Source of the DNA: Dehalococcoidia bacterium
GTDB lineage: Bacteria; Chloroflexota; Dehalococcoidia; UBA2979
Length of the DNA stretch: 47,042 nucleotides
Direction of reading: 5' to 3'
Assembly (NCBI GenBank): GCA_009692765.1
Contig: SHYQ01000004.1
Coordinates: forward strand, 1-47,042
The position numbers were made by a program, and so were the translations under genes. The notes beneath the pieces are model-generated. The model saw only the letters and a list, made by a program, of their open reading frames with translations. It did no database searches and was not told the origin of the DNA. Shown here in pieces: positions 1 to 8,712 of the stretch (the stretch's first letter is position 1; every line of letters starts with the position of its first letter).

Positions 1-261
1 GACGCGTCGACGGGGCAGAACGGGCTGTCGCAGGCGAAGGCGTTCGCGGAGACGGCGCAGGTGACGAGCGTCATGCTCACCAAGCTCGACGGCAGCGCGA
101 AGGGCGGCATCGTCTTCGCGATCGCGCGCGACTGCGGCCTGCCGGTGCGCTTCGTCGGCACCGGCCAGCAGGGCGGCGACCTCGCACCGTTCGACCCGCA
201 CGGCTTCGTCGCGGCGCTGCTCGGCGACCCCGCCGTCGAGCATGCCGGCGCCGAGGCGTAG
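1..261 (+). CDS. ftsY: Signal recognition particle receptor FtsY, 3' end (partial)
   Basis: Frame 1 from base 1 reads DASTGQNG...LTKLDGSAKGG...FVGTGQ...DLAPFDP, the SRP-GTPase C-terminal motifs; the protein ends shortly after, as FtsY does, with no Ffh M-domain. Confidence 0.9.
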   Translation, partial: DASTGQNGLSQAKAFAETAQVTSVMLTKLDGSAKGGIVFAIARDCGLPVRFVGTGQQGGDLAPFDPHGFVAALLGDPAVEHAGAEA

Positions 262-273
262 CAGCCCCGCGCG

Positions 274-2610
274 ATGCTCGACGACGTGCTCCTCGACAGC
301 GTGCTGGCGGCGGCGCGGTGGTACCTCGCGCTGATCGCGATCGGCGCGGCGGGGCTGCTGCCCGCGGCGCTGCTCTTCGACCGCCTCTCCTCGCGGGGCG
401 TGCTCTACGCGCGGCCGCTCGCGCTCGCGGTGATCGCGCTCGCCGCGTGGCTCGTCGGGTGGTCCGGCGTCGCGGCGTACGGCACGCCCGTCGTCGCCGG
501 CGCGCTCGCCGCGCTGCTCGCATGCAGCGCGGCGCTTGCGTGGCAGCGGCGCGACCTCGTCGAGGACGTGCGCGCGCGCTGGCGGTGGCTGCTGGCCGGC
601 GAGGCGCTGTGCCTCGCCGTCTTCGCCAGCGTCGCGACGGCGCGCGCGTTCGCGCCGGCGGCCGTCGGCACCGAGAAGCCGATGGACCTGATGCTGATCG
701 TGGCGGTCAACCGCGCGACGCAGCTGCCGCCGCCCGACCCGTGGCTCTCCGGCCACACCGTGTCGTACTACCACCTCGGCCACCTCGCCGCGGACGCGGT
801 CGGCCGCCTCGCGGGGGTGCCGCCCGAGATCGCGTTCAACCTCGTCACCGCCAGCGCTGGCGCGCTGGCGGCGCTCGCGGCGGCCGCCGTCGCGGTCGAC
901 ATCGTGGGCCTCGGCGCGGTCCGTCGCCGCGCGTCGCGGTGGGTCGCGGGCGGCGTCGCCGTCGCCGCGCTGCTGCTGGTGACGCCGCTCGTCGGCGTGG
1001 TGAACCTGCTCGCCGCCAACGGACTCGGCCGTGCGCTGTGGCGCGGCCTCGGCGTCGAGGGCGTCCCGGTCGTCATCGGCGCCGTCGCCGGCGTGCCGCG
1101 TTCGTTCTGGTGGTGGTGGCCGTCCTCGCGCGTGCTGCCCGGCGCGATCAACGAGTTCCCGGCGTTCACGCTGCTGCTCGGCGATCCGCACGCGCACCTG
1201 CTCGCGCTGCCGCTCGACCTCGTCGCGCTCGCGCTCGCGCTCGCGGTGTTCGAGGGCACGCGGCCGCTGACGTGGCGGCGCTGGACGATGGACCCGGCGC
1301 GGCTGGCGCTGACGGCGGCGCTGTTCGCCGCGATCTGCCTGACGAACGCGTGGGACGTGGTGGTCTTCGGCGCGGTGTGGGCCGGTGCCGGGATCGTCGC
1401 GTTCCGGCGCGCGGGGTGGCCGTGGCCGCTCGCTATCAGCGGCGTCGCGCGCTGGGCCGCCGTGCCGGCCGCGCTCGCGCTCGCGTTCGCCGCCCCCTTC
1501 CTGACGAGCATCGACCCGCCGGCCCTCGGTGTCGCGCCCGTGATCGGCGAGCACTCGGACCCCACGCGCTGGCTGCTGGTGTGGGCGCCGCCGCTGCTGC
1601 CCGCGCTGATCGCGCTCGCGCTGCTCTGGCCCTCGCTGGGGCCGCGCCTGACGCGCGGAGGCCTCGCGCGCGCGCTGCTCGTCGCGGCGCTGCCGGTCGA
1701 GGCGTGGGCGATCGCGCTGCTCGCGCGCGGGGAGGGCGGCGAGCTGCTCGCGCGCGGGACCGGGTGGATCGTGATCGCCGGGCTCGTGGCGCTGCTCGGC
1801 GTCGCCGGGGCCGCCGCCGCGGACGCCGACCGCCCGCACCGCGCGGGCGGGCGGGACGCCGCCCTCGCCGCCGCGTGCGCGCTGCTCGTCGCCGTCGTCG
1901 CGCTCGTCGGACTGACCGAGCTCGTGCGCGTCGCCGACGCCTTCCCCGGGCGGCTGAACACCGTGTTCAAGTTCTGGTTCGACGGCTGGGCGATGCTCGC
2001 CGTGGCGGCGGGCGCGCTCGCCGGGCTCGCCGCCGACCGCGTCGAGCTGCCCGCGACCACGAGCACGGCGCGGCTGGCCGCGTGGGGCTTCGGCGGCGGC
2101 CTCGCTGTCGCGCTGCTGGCCGCGACCGCGCTGTACGTGCCGGCGATGGCGATCAGCCGCGCCGGAGAGGGCCTCGGCGGCGGCCTCGATGCGCTGGCCT
2201 ACCTCGACGAGGCCGACCCCGGCCTCGCGGGGGCGATCGCGTGGTCGCGCGTACACCTCGATCCGCGCGAGGATGTAGCGGTGCAGGCGATCGTCGAGAG
2301 CTACCACGGAGGCGACGTGCTCGCGGCGGCCTCCGGCGTGCCGACGCTGCTCGGCTGGCCGAACCACCAGCGCCAGTGGCGCGGCGCCGTCCCCGAGGCG
2401 GAGCGGCGCGCCGCCGTCGACGCGATCTACACGGGCGGCGCGAGCGAGGCCACGCGTGCCGTGGCGCAGCGCTTCGGCGTGACGCACGTCTACCTCGGCC
2501 GCGAGGAGCGTACGCGCTACGGCGCGGACGTGGCGACGCGCTTCGCCGGCTGGCCCGTCGCGTTCGCCGCGGGCGGCGCGGCCGGATCGCAGCTGGTGCG
2601 CGTCCCGTGA
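274..2610 (+). CDS. DUF2298 / Chlor_Arch_YYY-type polytopic membrane protein (GT-C-like)
   Basis: 778 aa with many TM segments; motifs EKPMD, PPxDPWLSG, SYYHLG, INEFPAFT, GDxHAH, NTVFKF, GWxNHQxQWR. Confidence 0.8.
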   Translation: MLDDVLLDSVLAAARWYLALIAIGAAGLLPAALLFDRLSSRGVLYARPLALAVIALAAWLVGWSGVAAYGTPVVAGALAALLACSAALAWQRRDLVEDVRARWRWLLAGEALCLAVFASVATARAFAPAAVGTEKPMDLMLIVAVNRATQLPPPDPWLSGHTVSYYHLGHLAADAVGRLAGVPPEIAFNLVTASAGALAALAAAAVAVDIVGLGAVRRRASRWVAGGVAVAALLLVTPLVGVVNLLAANGLGRALWRGLGVEGVPVVIGAVAGVPRSFWWWWPSSRVLPGAINEFPAFTLLLGDPHAHLLALPLDLVALALALAVFEGTRPLTWRRWTMDPARLALTAALFAAICLTNAWDVVVFGAVWAGAGIVAFRRAGWPWPLAISGVARWAAVPAALALAFAAPFLTSIDPPALGVAPVIGEHSDPTRWLLVWAPPLLPALIALALLWPSLGPRLTRGGLARALLVAALPVEAWAIALLARGEGGELLARGTGWIVIAGLVALLGVAGAAAADADRPHRAGGRDAALAAACALLVAVVALVGLTELVRVADAFPGRLNTVFKFWFDGWAMLAVAAGALAGLAADRVELPATTSTARLAAWGFGGGLAVALLAATALYVPAMAISRAGEGLGGGLDALAYLDEADPGLAGAIAWSRVHLDPREDVAVQAIVESYHGGDVLAAASGVPTLLGWPNHQRQWRGAVPEAERRAAVDAIYTGGASEATRAVAQRFGVTHVYLGREERTRYGADVATRFAGWPVAFAAGGAAGSQLVRVP

Positions 2611-4586
2611 TCGCACGCGGGCGCGCCGCCCTCGGACGCATCGACGGCGTGACGTGGTGCGTGATCGCGATCACGCTCGTCGCGCTGTGGACGCGCACCG
2701 CCGACCTCGGCGCGCGCGCCTACCACCACGACGAGTCGCAGCACGCGACGTTCTCGTACTACTACGCCTCCGGCAGCGGCTACCGGCACGACCCGCTGCT
2801 GCACGGGCCGCTGCAATTCCACGCGATCGCGCTCGTCTTCAGGCTCCTCGGCGACACGGACGTTACGGCGCGCCTCCCGGCCGCGCTGGCCGGCGCCGCG
2901 CTCGTCGCCGCGCCGCTGCTGCTGCGCCGCTGGCTGGGCGGCGGCGGGACGATCGCGGCGGCGGCGCTGATCACGGTCTCGCCGTCGCTGCTGTACTTCT
3001 CCCGCTTCGCCCGCGAGGACGCGCTGGTGGCGCTGCCGACGCTGCTCGCCTTCGTCGCCGTGTGGCGCTACCGCGAGGACCCGCGGCTGCGCTGGCTCCT
3101 GCTGCTCTCCGCGAGCCTCGCGCTGTCGTTCGCGACGAAGGAGAGCGCGTACCTCACGGCGGCGGTGCTGCTGCTCTACCTCGACGCGGCGGTCGCGCAC
3201 CGGCTGTTCTGGTGGCGCGCCGCGAGCGCAGGCGCCGCGCGCGCGGGCGGAATGCGCCGGCCGTCGATGCGCGCGCAGCTCGTGGGCGCGGCCTGGCTGC
3301 TCCCGACGGCGTGGGTGTTCGCCGCGCTGTGGGGGCCGCTCGCGCGCGTCCGCGCCCGGCTGCGCCTCCAGGGAGAGGGCCTCGACGTCCGCCCCGTCGA
3401 GGCCGATCTGCTGCTCGTTACGGGCACCCTCGTCGCGCCGCTGCTCGCGGCGTTCGCGCGCGTGCCGCTGGCGCCGTTGCTGGTGGCGCCCGACCAGCGC
3501 CTCGTGCTCACGACGAGCGTGATCGCACTGCTGCTCTCGACCGTGGTGGCGATCGGCACCGAGTGGCGCGCGCGCTGGTGGCTGGCTTGCGCCGGGGTGT
3601 TCCTCGCGATCGCGCTGCCGCTGTTCACGAGCCTCGGGGCGAATCCGGCGGGCGTCGCTGGCCTCTTCTGGCACTCGCTCGACTACTGGCTCGGCCAGCA
3701 GGGGGTACGCCGCGGCAACGGCGACGTGAGCTTCTACTACGTGATGATGCTGCCGCTGTACGAGCACCTCGTGCTGATCCCCGGGCTGCTCGGCGGCGCG
3801 TGGCTGACGCTGCGCCGCCGCGACGCCTTCGCGGCGTTCCTGCTGTGGTGGTTCCTCGGCACGTTCATCGCGCTGTCGATCGCCGGCGAGAAGATGCCGT
3901 GGCTGACGATGCACATGGCGCTGCCCCTCGCGCTGCTCGCGGCCTATGCGCTCGATCGCCTCGCGCGGCCGGCGCTGGCGCGCGCGCTGCGCGGCGAGGG
4001 CTCCCCGCGCGCGTGGGCCGCCGACGGCACGTGCGTGGCCGTCGCCGGCCTCGCCGTCGCGCTGACGCTGTACACGAACTACGGCCTGAACATCGACCAC
4101 CCGGACACGCCCGTCGAGCCGCTGATCTACGTGCAGACCGCGCCCGACGTGCCGATCCTGGCCCGGGCGATCGCCGCGACGATCGCGCGAGGCGAGGCGC
4201 AGCGCGTGCTCGTCGACGACGCGAACCTCGGCCTGACGTGGCCGTGGGCGTGGTACGCGCGCCACCTGCCCCTCGGGTACGCGGGCCCCGGCGATGTCGT
4301 CGAGGGCCGCTTCGCCGACGGCTCGATCGTGATCACGCTGGCGGGGACCGTGCCCGCGGGCTCGCCGGTCTTCCAGCGGATGCGCGACCCGGTGGTGTAC
4401 CACCACCGCTGGTGGTTCCCCGAGGAGGGCTACCGCGCGACCACGCCGGCGTCGCTGTGGGAGGGGCTGCGCTCCGGCTCGCTGCCGCGGCGCTGGCTGC
4501 GCTTCGTGATCGCGCACATCGACCGCAGCGCGGTGGCGTCCCTCGACGGCGCGGTGCTGTACCCGCGCGCCCCGGCCCCGCCGTAG
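2607..4586 (+). CDS. TIGR03663/Agl23-like GT-C (PMT-2-type) glycosyltransferase
   Basis: GTG start overlaps the upstream stop (GTGA); motifs HHDESQH, YRHDPLLHGP, YFSRFARED, TKE, GEKMPWL, YVQT, WPWAWY, WWFPE. Confidence 0.8.
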   Translation: MIARGRAALGRIDGVTWCVIAITLVALWTRTADLGARAYHHDESQHATFSYYYASGSGYRHDPLLHGPLQFHAIALVFRLLGDTDVTARLPAALAGAALVAAPLLLRRWLGGGGTIAAAALITVSPSLLYFSRFAREDALVALPTLLAFVAVWRYREDPRLRWLLLLSASLALSFATKESAYLTAAVLLLYLDAAVAHRLFWWRAASAGAARAGGMRRPSMRAQLVGAAWLLPTAWVFAALWGPLARVRARLRLQGEGLDVRPVEADLLLVTGTLVAPLLAAFARVPLAPLLVAPDQRLVLTTSVIALLLSTVVAIGTEWRARWWLACAGVFLAIALPLFTSLGANPAGVAGLFWHSLDYWLGQQGVRRGNGDVSFYYVMMLPLYEHLVLIPGLLGGAWLTLRRRDAFAAFLLWWFLGTFIALSIAGEKMPWLTMHMALPLALLAAYALDRLARPALARALRGEGSPRAWAADGTCVAVAGLAVALTLYTNYGLNIDHPDTPVEPLIYVQTAPDVPILARAIAATIARGEAQRVLVDDANLGLTWPWAWYARHLPLGYAGPGDVVEGRFADGSIVITLAGTVPAGSPVFQRMRDPVVYHHRWWFPEEGYRATTPASLWEGLRSGSLPRRWLRFVIAHIDRSAVASLDGAVLYPRAPAPP

Positions 4587-4609
4587 CGCCGACGGGATGC
4601 GTCGCGAGG

Positions 4610-4970
4610 GGGGAGCCCACCCCCCGGTCCCCTCCCACTGCGCGGGAGGGGAAGAAGAAGGAGCAGTGCATGCGAGGGGGCTGCGCCCCTCGCGCTCCCG
4701 GCGGAGGCGTGCGCAGCAGGCGCGCGCCGGAACGGGGACGAAGAGAACGCGGACCGCTGATTCAGGACCCTCGCCAACGTCAGTGGGAGCGGGGAGGGCG
4801 AGGGCGCACCACGCGTCGGTGGGCGGTGCGGGCAGGGGCGCACCCTGGACGGGCGTCCGAGGGAGCAGGGGCCCATGGGGGCGCAGCCCCCATAAACAAG
4901 AACCCCCTTCCCGCGTCGGGAAGGGGGCAGGGGGATGGGCCGCCCCGCGCACACCTCGACGCCGCGCGCC
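4610..4970. repeat. Composite REP/REPIN-like element, copy 1
   Basis: Triplex-type motif at 4616-4651 and inverted at 4903-4939; triloop motif at 4672-4704 and variant ATGGGGGCGCAGCCCCCAT at 4875-4893. Confidence 0.9.
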
Positions 4971-5058
4971 GTGCTTCGAGGTGACGCGCGCGGCGCGATG
5001 CCCGAGACTGGCTCGACGGGGCGCACGAGGATCGCAGCGGACGGGCGAGGGGCTGCCG

Positions 5059-6045
5059 ATGGGACGCTGGCGGCTCGCGCTCGGGACGGCGGTCAGCGCC
5101 GCGTGCCTCGCGCTGCTACTCGCCCGCGTCGACCTCCCGGCCGTCCTCGAGGCCGCGCGCGCGGCGCGGCCGGCGTGGCTGCTCGTCGCGACGCCGCTGT
5201 TCGCCGCGTCGATCTGGACGCGCGCGATGCGCTGGCGCGCGATCCTGCGGCCGATCGCGCCGATCTCGCGCGGCGACGCCGCCGCGCTCGTGCTGATCGG
5301 CTACGCGGCGAACAACCTTCTCCCGGCGCGCACCGGCGAGGTCGTGCGCGCGGTGCTGCTGCAGCGCCGCCACGGCGCCTCCGCGGTCGCCGGCATCGGC
5401 ACGATCGTCCTGGAGCGCGTGCTCGACGGGCTCGTGCTGGCGCTGATGCTCGCCGGTACGCTCGCGCTCGCCGGCGGCTCGACGGTGCTGCGCGCGCTGG
5501 CGGGCATCGCGGGGGCGGGCTTCCTCGGCGTCGCGCTGGCGCTGGTGCTGCTCGCGACGCGGCCCGCGCTCGCGTGGCGCGTCATCGACGTCGCCCTGCG
5601 GCTCGCGCCCGCCGCGCTCGCGGCGCGCGTGCGCGCCCTCGTCGAGCGCTTCCTCGAGGGCCTGACGCTGCTGCGCGGCGCGCGCGCCTGGGGCTTCGTC
5701 GTGGCGGCCTCGGTGGGCGCGTGGGTGCTCGAGGCCGCGGCGTACTGGGCGATCGGCGAGGCGTTCGCGCTGCCGCTGGCGCCGGCGCTCTACCTGGGCG
5801 TGTCCGCCGCCGCGAACCTCGCGATCGCCGCGCCGAGCACCTCGGGCGGCATCGGGCCGTACGAGTTCTTCGCGCGCGAGGTGGTCGTGCACTTCGGCGC
5901 GGGCGTCGCGGCGGGGACGGCGTACGCGCTGGCGCTGCACGCGTTCGTGCTGCTGCCCGTGACGGTCGCGGGCATCGCGCTGCTGTGGCGGCGTCACCTC
6001 GGCCTCGCGACGCTGGCGACGGCGCGCGTGATGGCTCCCCGATGA
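5059..6045 (+). CDS. Lysylphosphatidylglycerol-synthase TM domain / flippase-like protein
   Basis: Motifs RAMRWRAIL, GYAANNLLPARTGEVVR, ERVLD, PSTSGGIGPYE; ATG at 5059. Confidence 0.85.
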   Translation: MGRWRLALGTAVSAACLALLLARVDLPAVLEAARAARPAWLLVATPLFAASIWTRAMRWRAILRPIAPISRGDAAALVLIGYAANNLLPARTGEVVRAVLLQRRHGASAVAGIGTIVLERVLDGLVLALMLAGTLALAGGSTVLRALAGIAGAGFLGVALALVLLATRPALAWRVIDVALRLAPAALAARVRALVERFLEGLTLLRGARAWGFVVAASVGAWVLEAAAYWAIGEAFALPLAPALYLGVSAAANLAIAAPSTSGGIGPYEFFAREVVVHFGAGVAAGTAYALALHAFVLLPVTVAGIALLWRRHLGLATLATARVMAPR

Positions 6046-7481
6046 AGGTCATCATCATCGGGGCGGGCGTGGGCGGCCTTGCCGCCGCGCACGAGCTCGC
6101 CAAGCGCGGCCACGCCGTCGCCGTCGTCGAGGCCGGCCCGATCGCTGGCGGCCAAGTGCGCACGTTCAACCCTGCTGGCAACCCGGCGGGCGTGGGCCCC
6201 TCCGGCGAACAGCAGGAGGCCCGCCTCGAGGCGTTTTATCACCACCTCTTCCGCTCGGACACCGACATCGTGGCGTTGATCGACGAACTGGGGCTCGGCG
6301 CCGACCTCGCGTGGATCGACTCGAACGTCGGGCTCGCCGTGGGCGGCAAGAACTACCCGTTCATCGGCGCGCTCGACCTGCTGCGCTTCGACCGCGTGTC
6401 GTGGCTGACGCGCCTGCGCCTCGGCCTCACCGCGCTGTGGCTGCGCCGCTTCGAGGACTGGCCGCGCTACGAGGGCACGCGCGCCGCCGAGTGGATCCGC
6501 CGCTGGGTGGGCCGCGAGGGCTACGACGCGGTGTGGGGGCCGCTGCTGCGCGCGAAGTTCGGCGAGCACGCGGAGGACGTCGCGCTCGTGTGGTTCTGGG
6601 GCAAGATCCACCTGCGCTTCGCGTCGCGTTCCGCCGGCGAGCGGGGCGCGGGCGGCGGCGGCCCGCTCGGCTTCGTGCGGAGCCTGCTCGCGAAGGAGCA
6701 GCTCGGCTACCTGCGCGGCTCGTTCGGACGGCTGACCGACGCCCTCGTCGCGGCGATCGCGGCGCGCGGCGGCACGCTCACGCTCGGCGCGCCCGTCGAG
6801 CGCGTGATCGTCGAGGACGGCCGCGCCGTGGGCGTGCGCCTCGGCGGCGCGCACGCGGGCGAGGAGCTGCGCGCCGACGCCGTGCTCGCGACGGTGCCCT
6901 CGGGCCTGCTCGCGCGCATCGCGCCGGAGATCGCGCAGCGCGACCCGCGCTACGGCGAGATGCTGGCCGCGGTGCAGTACCAGTGGGCGACGGTGCTCGT
7001 GCTCGCCCTCGACCGCCCGCTGTCGTCGATCTACTGGCTGACGATGACGGACGCGGACTGCCCGTTCGTCGTCGCGGTGGAGCAGACGAACTTCATGAGC
7101 GCGTCCGACTACGGCGGGCGGCACATCGTCTACCTGTCGAACTACGTCGACCCCGGCGACCCGATCATCGACGAGACGGAGGCCCAGGTGCTCGACCGCT
7201 ACGAGCGCTATCTGCGGCGGATCAACCCCGCCTTCGACCGCGCGTGGATCCTCGAGTCGTGGTGGTTCAAGGACCGCGCCGGCCAGCCGATCGTGCACTG
7301 GCGCTACCACGAGACGATCCCGCCGCACCGCACCCCGATCGCGGGCCTCTACCTCGCGAACACCGCGCAGGTGTACCCGGAGGACCGCGGCCAGAACTAC
7401 TCGATCCGCATGGGCGTCCGCGTCGCGCGCCTGCTCGAGGCGGACGCGGCGGCGGGGGCAGCGACCGAGCGCCAGGCGTGA
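6042..7481 (+). CDS. NAD(P)/FAD-dependent oxidoreductase (amine oxidase/protoporphyrinogen oxidase-like)
   Basis: ATGA overlap; N-terminal GAGVGG Rossmann motif; LEAFYHHLF; YPEDRGQNYS. Confidence 0.85.
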   Translation: MKVIIIGAGVGGLAAAHELAKRGHAVAVVEAGPIAGGQVRTFNPAGNPAGVGPSGEQQEARLEAFYHHLFRSDTDIVALIDELGLGADLAWIDSNVGLAVGGKNYPFIGALDLLRFDRVSWLTRLRLGLTALWLRRFEDWPRYEGTRAAEWIRRWVGREGYDAVWGPLLRAKFGEHAEDVALVWFWGKIHLRFASRSAGERGAGGGGPLGFVRSLLAKEQLGYLRGSFGRLTDALVAAIAARGGTLTLGAPVERVIVEDGRAVGVRLGGAHAGEELRADAVLATVPSGLLARIAPEIAQRDPRYGEMLAAVQYQWATVLVLALDRPLSSIYWLTMTDADCPFVVAVEQTNFMSASDYGGRHIVYLSNYVDPGDPIIDETEAQVLDRYERYLRRINPAFDRAWILESWWFKDRAGQPIVHWRYHETIPPHRTPIAGLYLANTAQVYPEDRGQNYSIRMGVRVARLLEADAAAGAATERQA

Positions 7482-8027
7482 GCGCGCAACCGTCGGTGGA
7501 GTTGCGGACGGCGCGGCTGCTCCTCCGTCCGTTCCGCGCGGGCGATGCTCCCGATGTGTTCGCCTACGCAAGCGACCCCGAGGTCGCCTTCTTCGCGAAC
7601 GACGCTCCCCCCCTGACGATCGAGGGTGCGCGGAAGTTCGTCGAGCGCGCACTGGCGACACCATGGTCCGAGCGCCAGCGGTTCGCGATCACGGTGGACA
7701 ACGCCGTCATCGGCGCGGTCGATCTTCAACCGGACTGGCCGAACGCCTCGGCGAACGTGGGTTACGAGGTGGCGCGGACGCACTGGGGCCAGGGCATCGC
7801 GACAGAGGCGACCGAGGCCGTCGTCCGCTACGGCTTCGAGGTGCTCGGGCTCGCTAAGATTCACGCCCGCGCCGATCCGAGGAACGCAGCCTCGATGCGG
7901 GTGCTGGAGAAGATCGGCATGTCGCGCGAGGGGCTGCTCAGGAGCCACCTCGTCCGGCGCGGCGAGCGCGTGGATCAGAGTGTTGTACGGCATCCCGCGC
8001 AGCGAGTGGGAGGCCCGCACAAGGTAG
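7478..8027 (+). pseudogene. RimJ/RimL-type GNAT acetyltransferase with a +1 frameshift near the 3' end
   Basis: GTGA overlap; LRTARLLLRPF, HWGQGIATEA, NAASMRVLEKIGM; the expected C-terminus RVLYGIPRSEW continues in another frame from ~7977. Confidence 0.7.
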
Positions 8028-8121
8028 GACACCGTCGGCTACGCCGCGCCTTGAGCGCCCTCCGAGGCGCCCCTATAGTGGCCGGAGCGCCACACACGCC
8101 CGCAGCAGCGAGGGGCCGCCG

Positions 8122-8712
8122 ATGCCGCTGGAGACCGAAGCGAAGGCCCAGGTGCGCGCGCTGCTCGCCGACCTGCGGCCGGGGCACGGCGACCTGCTCG
8201 CCGCGCTCCACCGCGTCCAGCACGAGTTCGGCTACCTCTCCGGCGACGCCATCGAGGTGACCGCGCAGCAGCTCGGACTCTTCCCCGCCCACGTCTACGG
8301 CGTAATCACCTACTACGCGGAGTTCCGCCTCGAGCCGCCCGCGCGCGTCGACATCCGCTGGTGCTCCGGGCCCGCCTGCCGCGCGCGCAACGGCGGCGGC
8401 ATCCGCGACGCCATCCTCGCCACGCTCGGGTGCGCGATGGACGGGATGACCGCGGACGGGCGCGCGGGGGTGCGCCTCGGGCAGTGCAACGGCACCTGCG
8501 AGCTCGCGCCGCAGGTGTGGGTGGAGGAGCGCGCGACGCACACCAACGCGATCGTCGGCGGCCTCACCGCCGCGCGCGCGGTGCGCCTCGCGCGCGCGCT
8601 GCGCGACGGCGCGACGGCGGCCGCGGTGCTCGCCGACAGCACCATCACCGGAGGGGCGATCGTCGGCGACGCACTGCCGGACACCGTGACGGCCGGGGCG
8701 ACGCATGCCTAG
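8122..8712 (+). CDS. NuoE/HoxE-like [2Fe-2S] subunit
   Basis: LHRVQHEFGYL, VYGVITYYAEF, CSGPAC...CNGTC. Confidence 0.85.
   Translation: MPLETEAKAQVRALLADLRPGHGDLLAALHRVQHEFGYLSGDAIEVTAQQLGLFPAHVYGVITYYAEFRLEPPARVDIRWCSGPACRARNGGGIRDAILATLGCAMDGMTADGRAGVRLGQCNGTCELAPQVWVEERATHTNAIVGGLTAARAVRLARALRDGATAAAVLADSTITGGAIVGDALPDTVTAGATHA

Noticed and set aside
318-2606. 1422-aa ORF and other very long Arg/Ala/Pro-rich ORFs
   Set aside because: Alternative-frame or antisense shadows caused by stop-codon scarcity at high GC; only 2607-4586 of that ORF is protein-like
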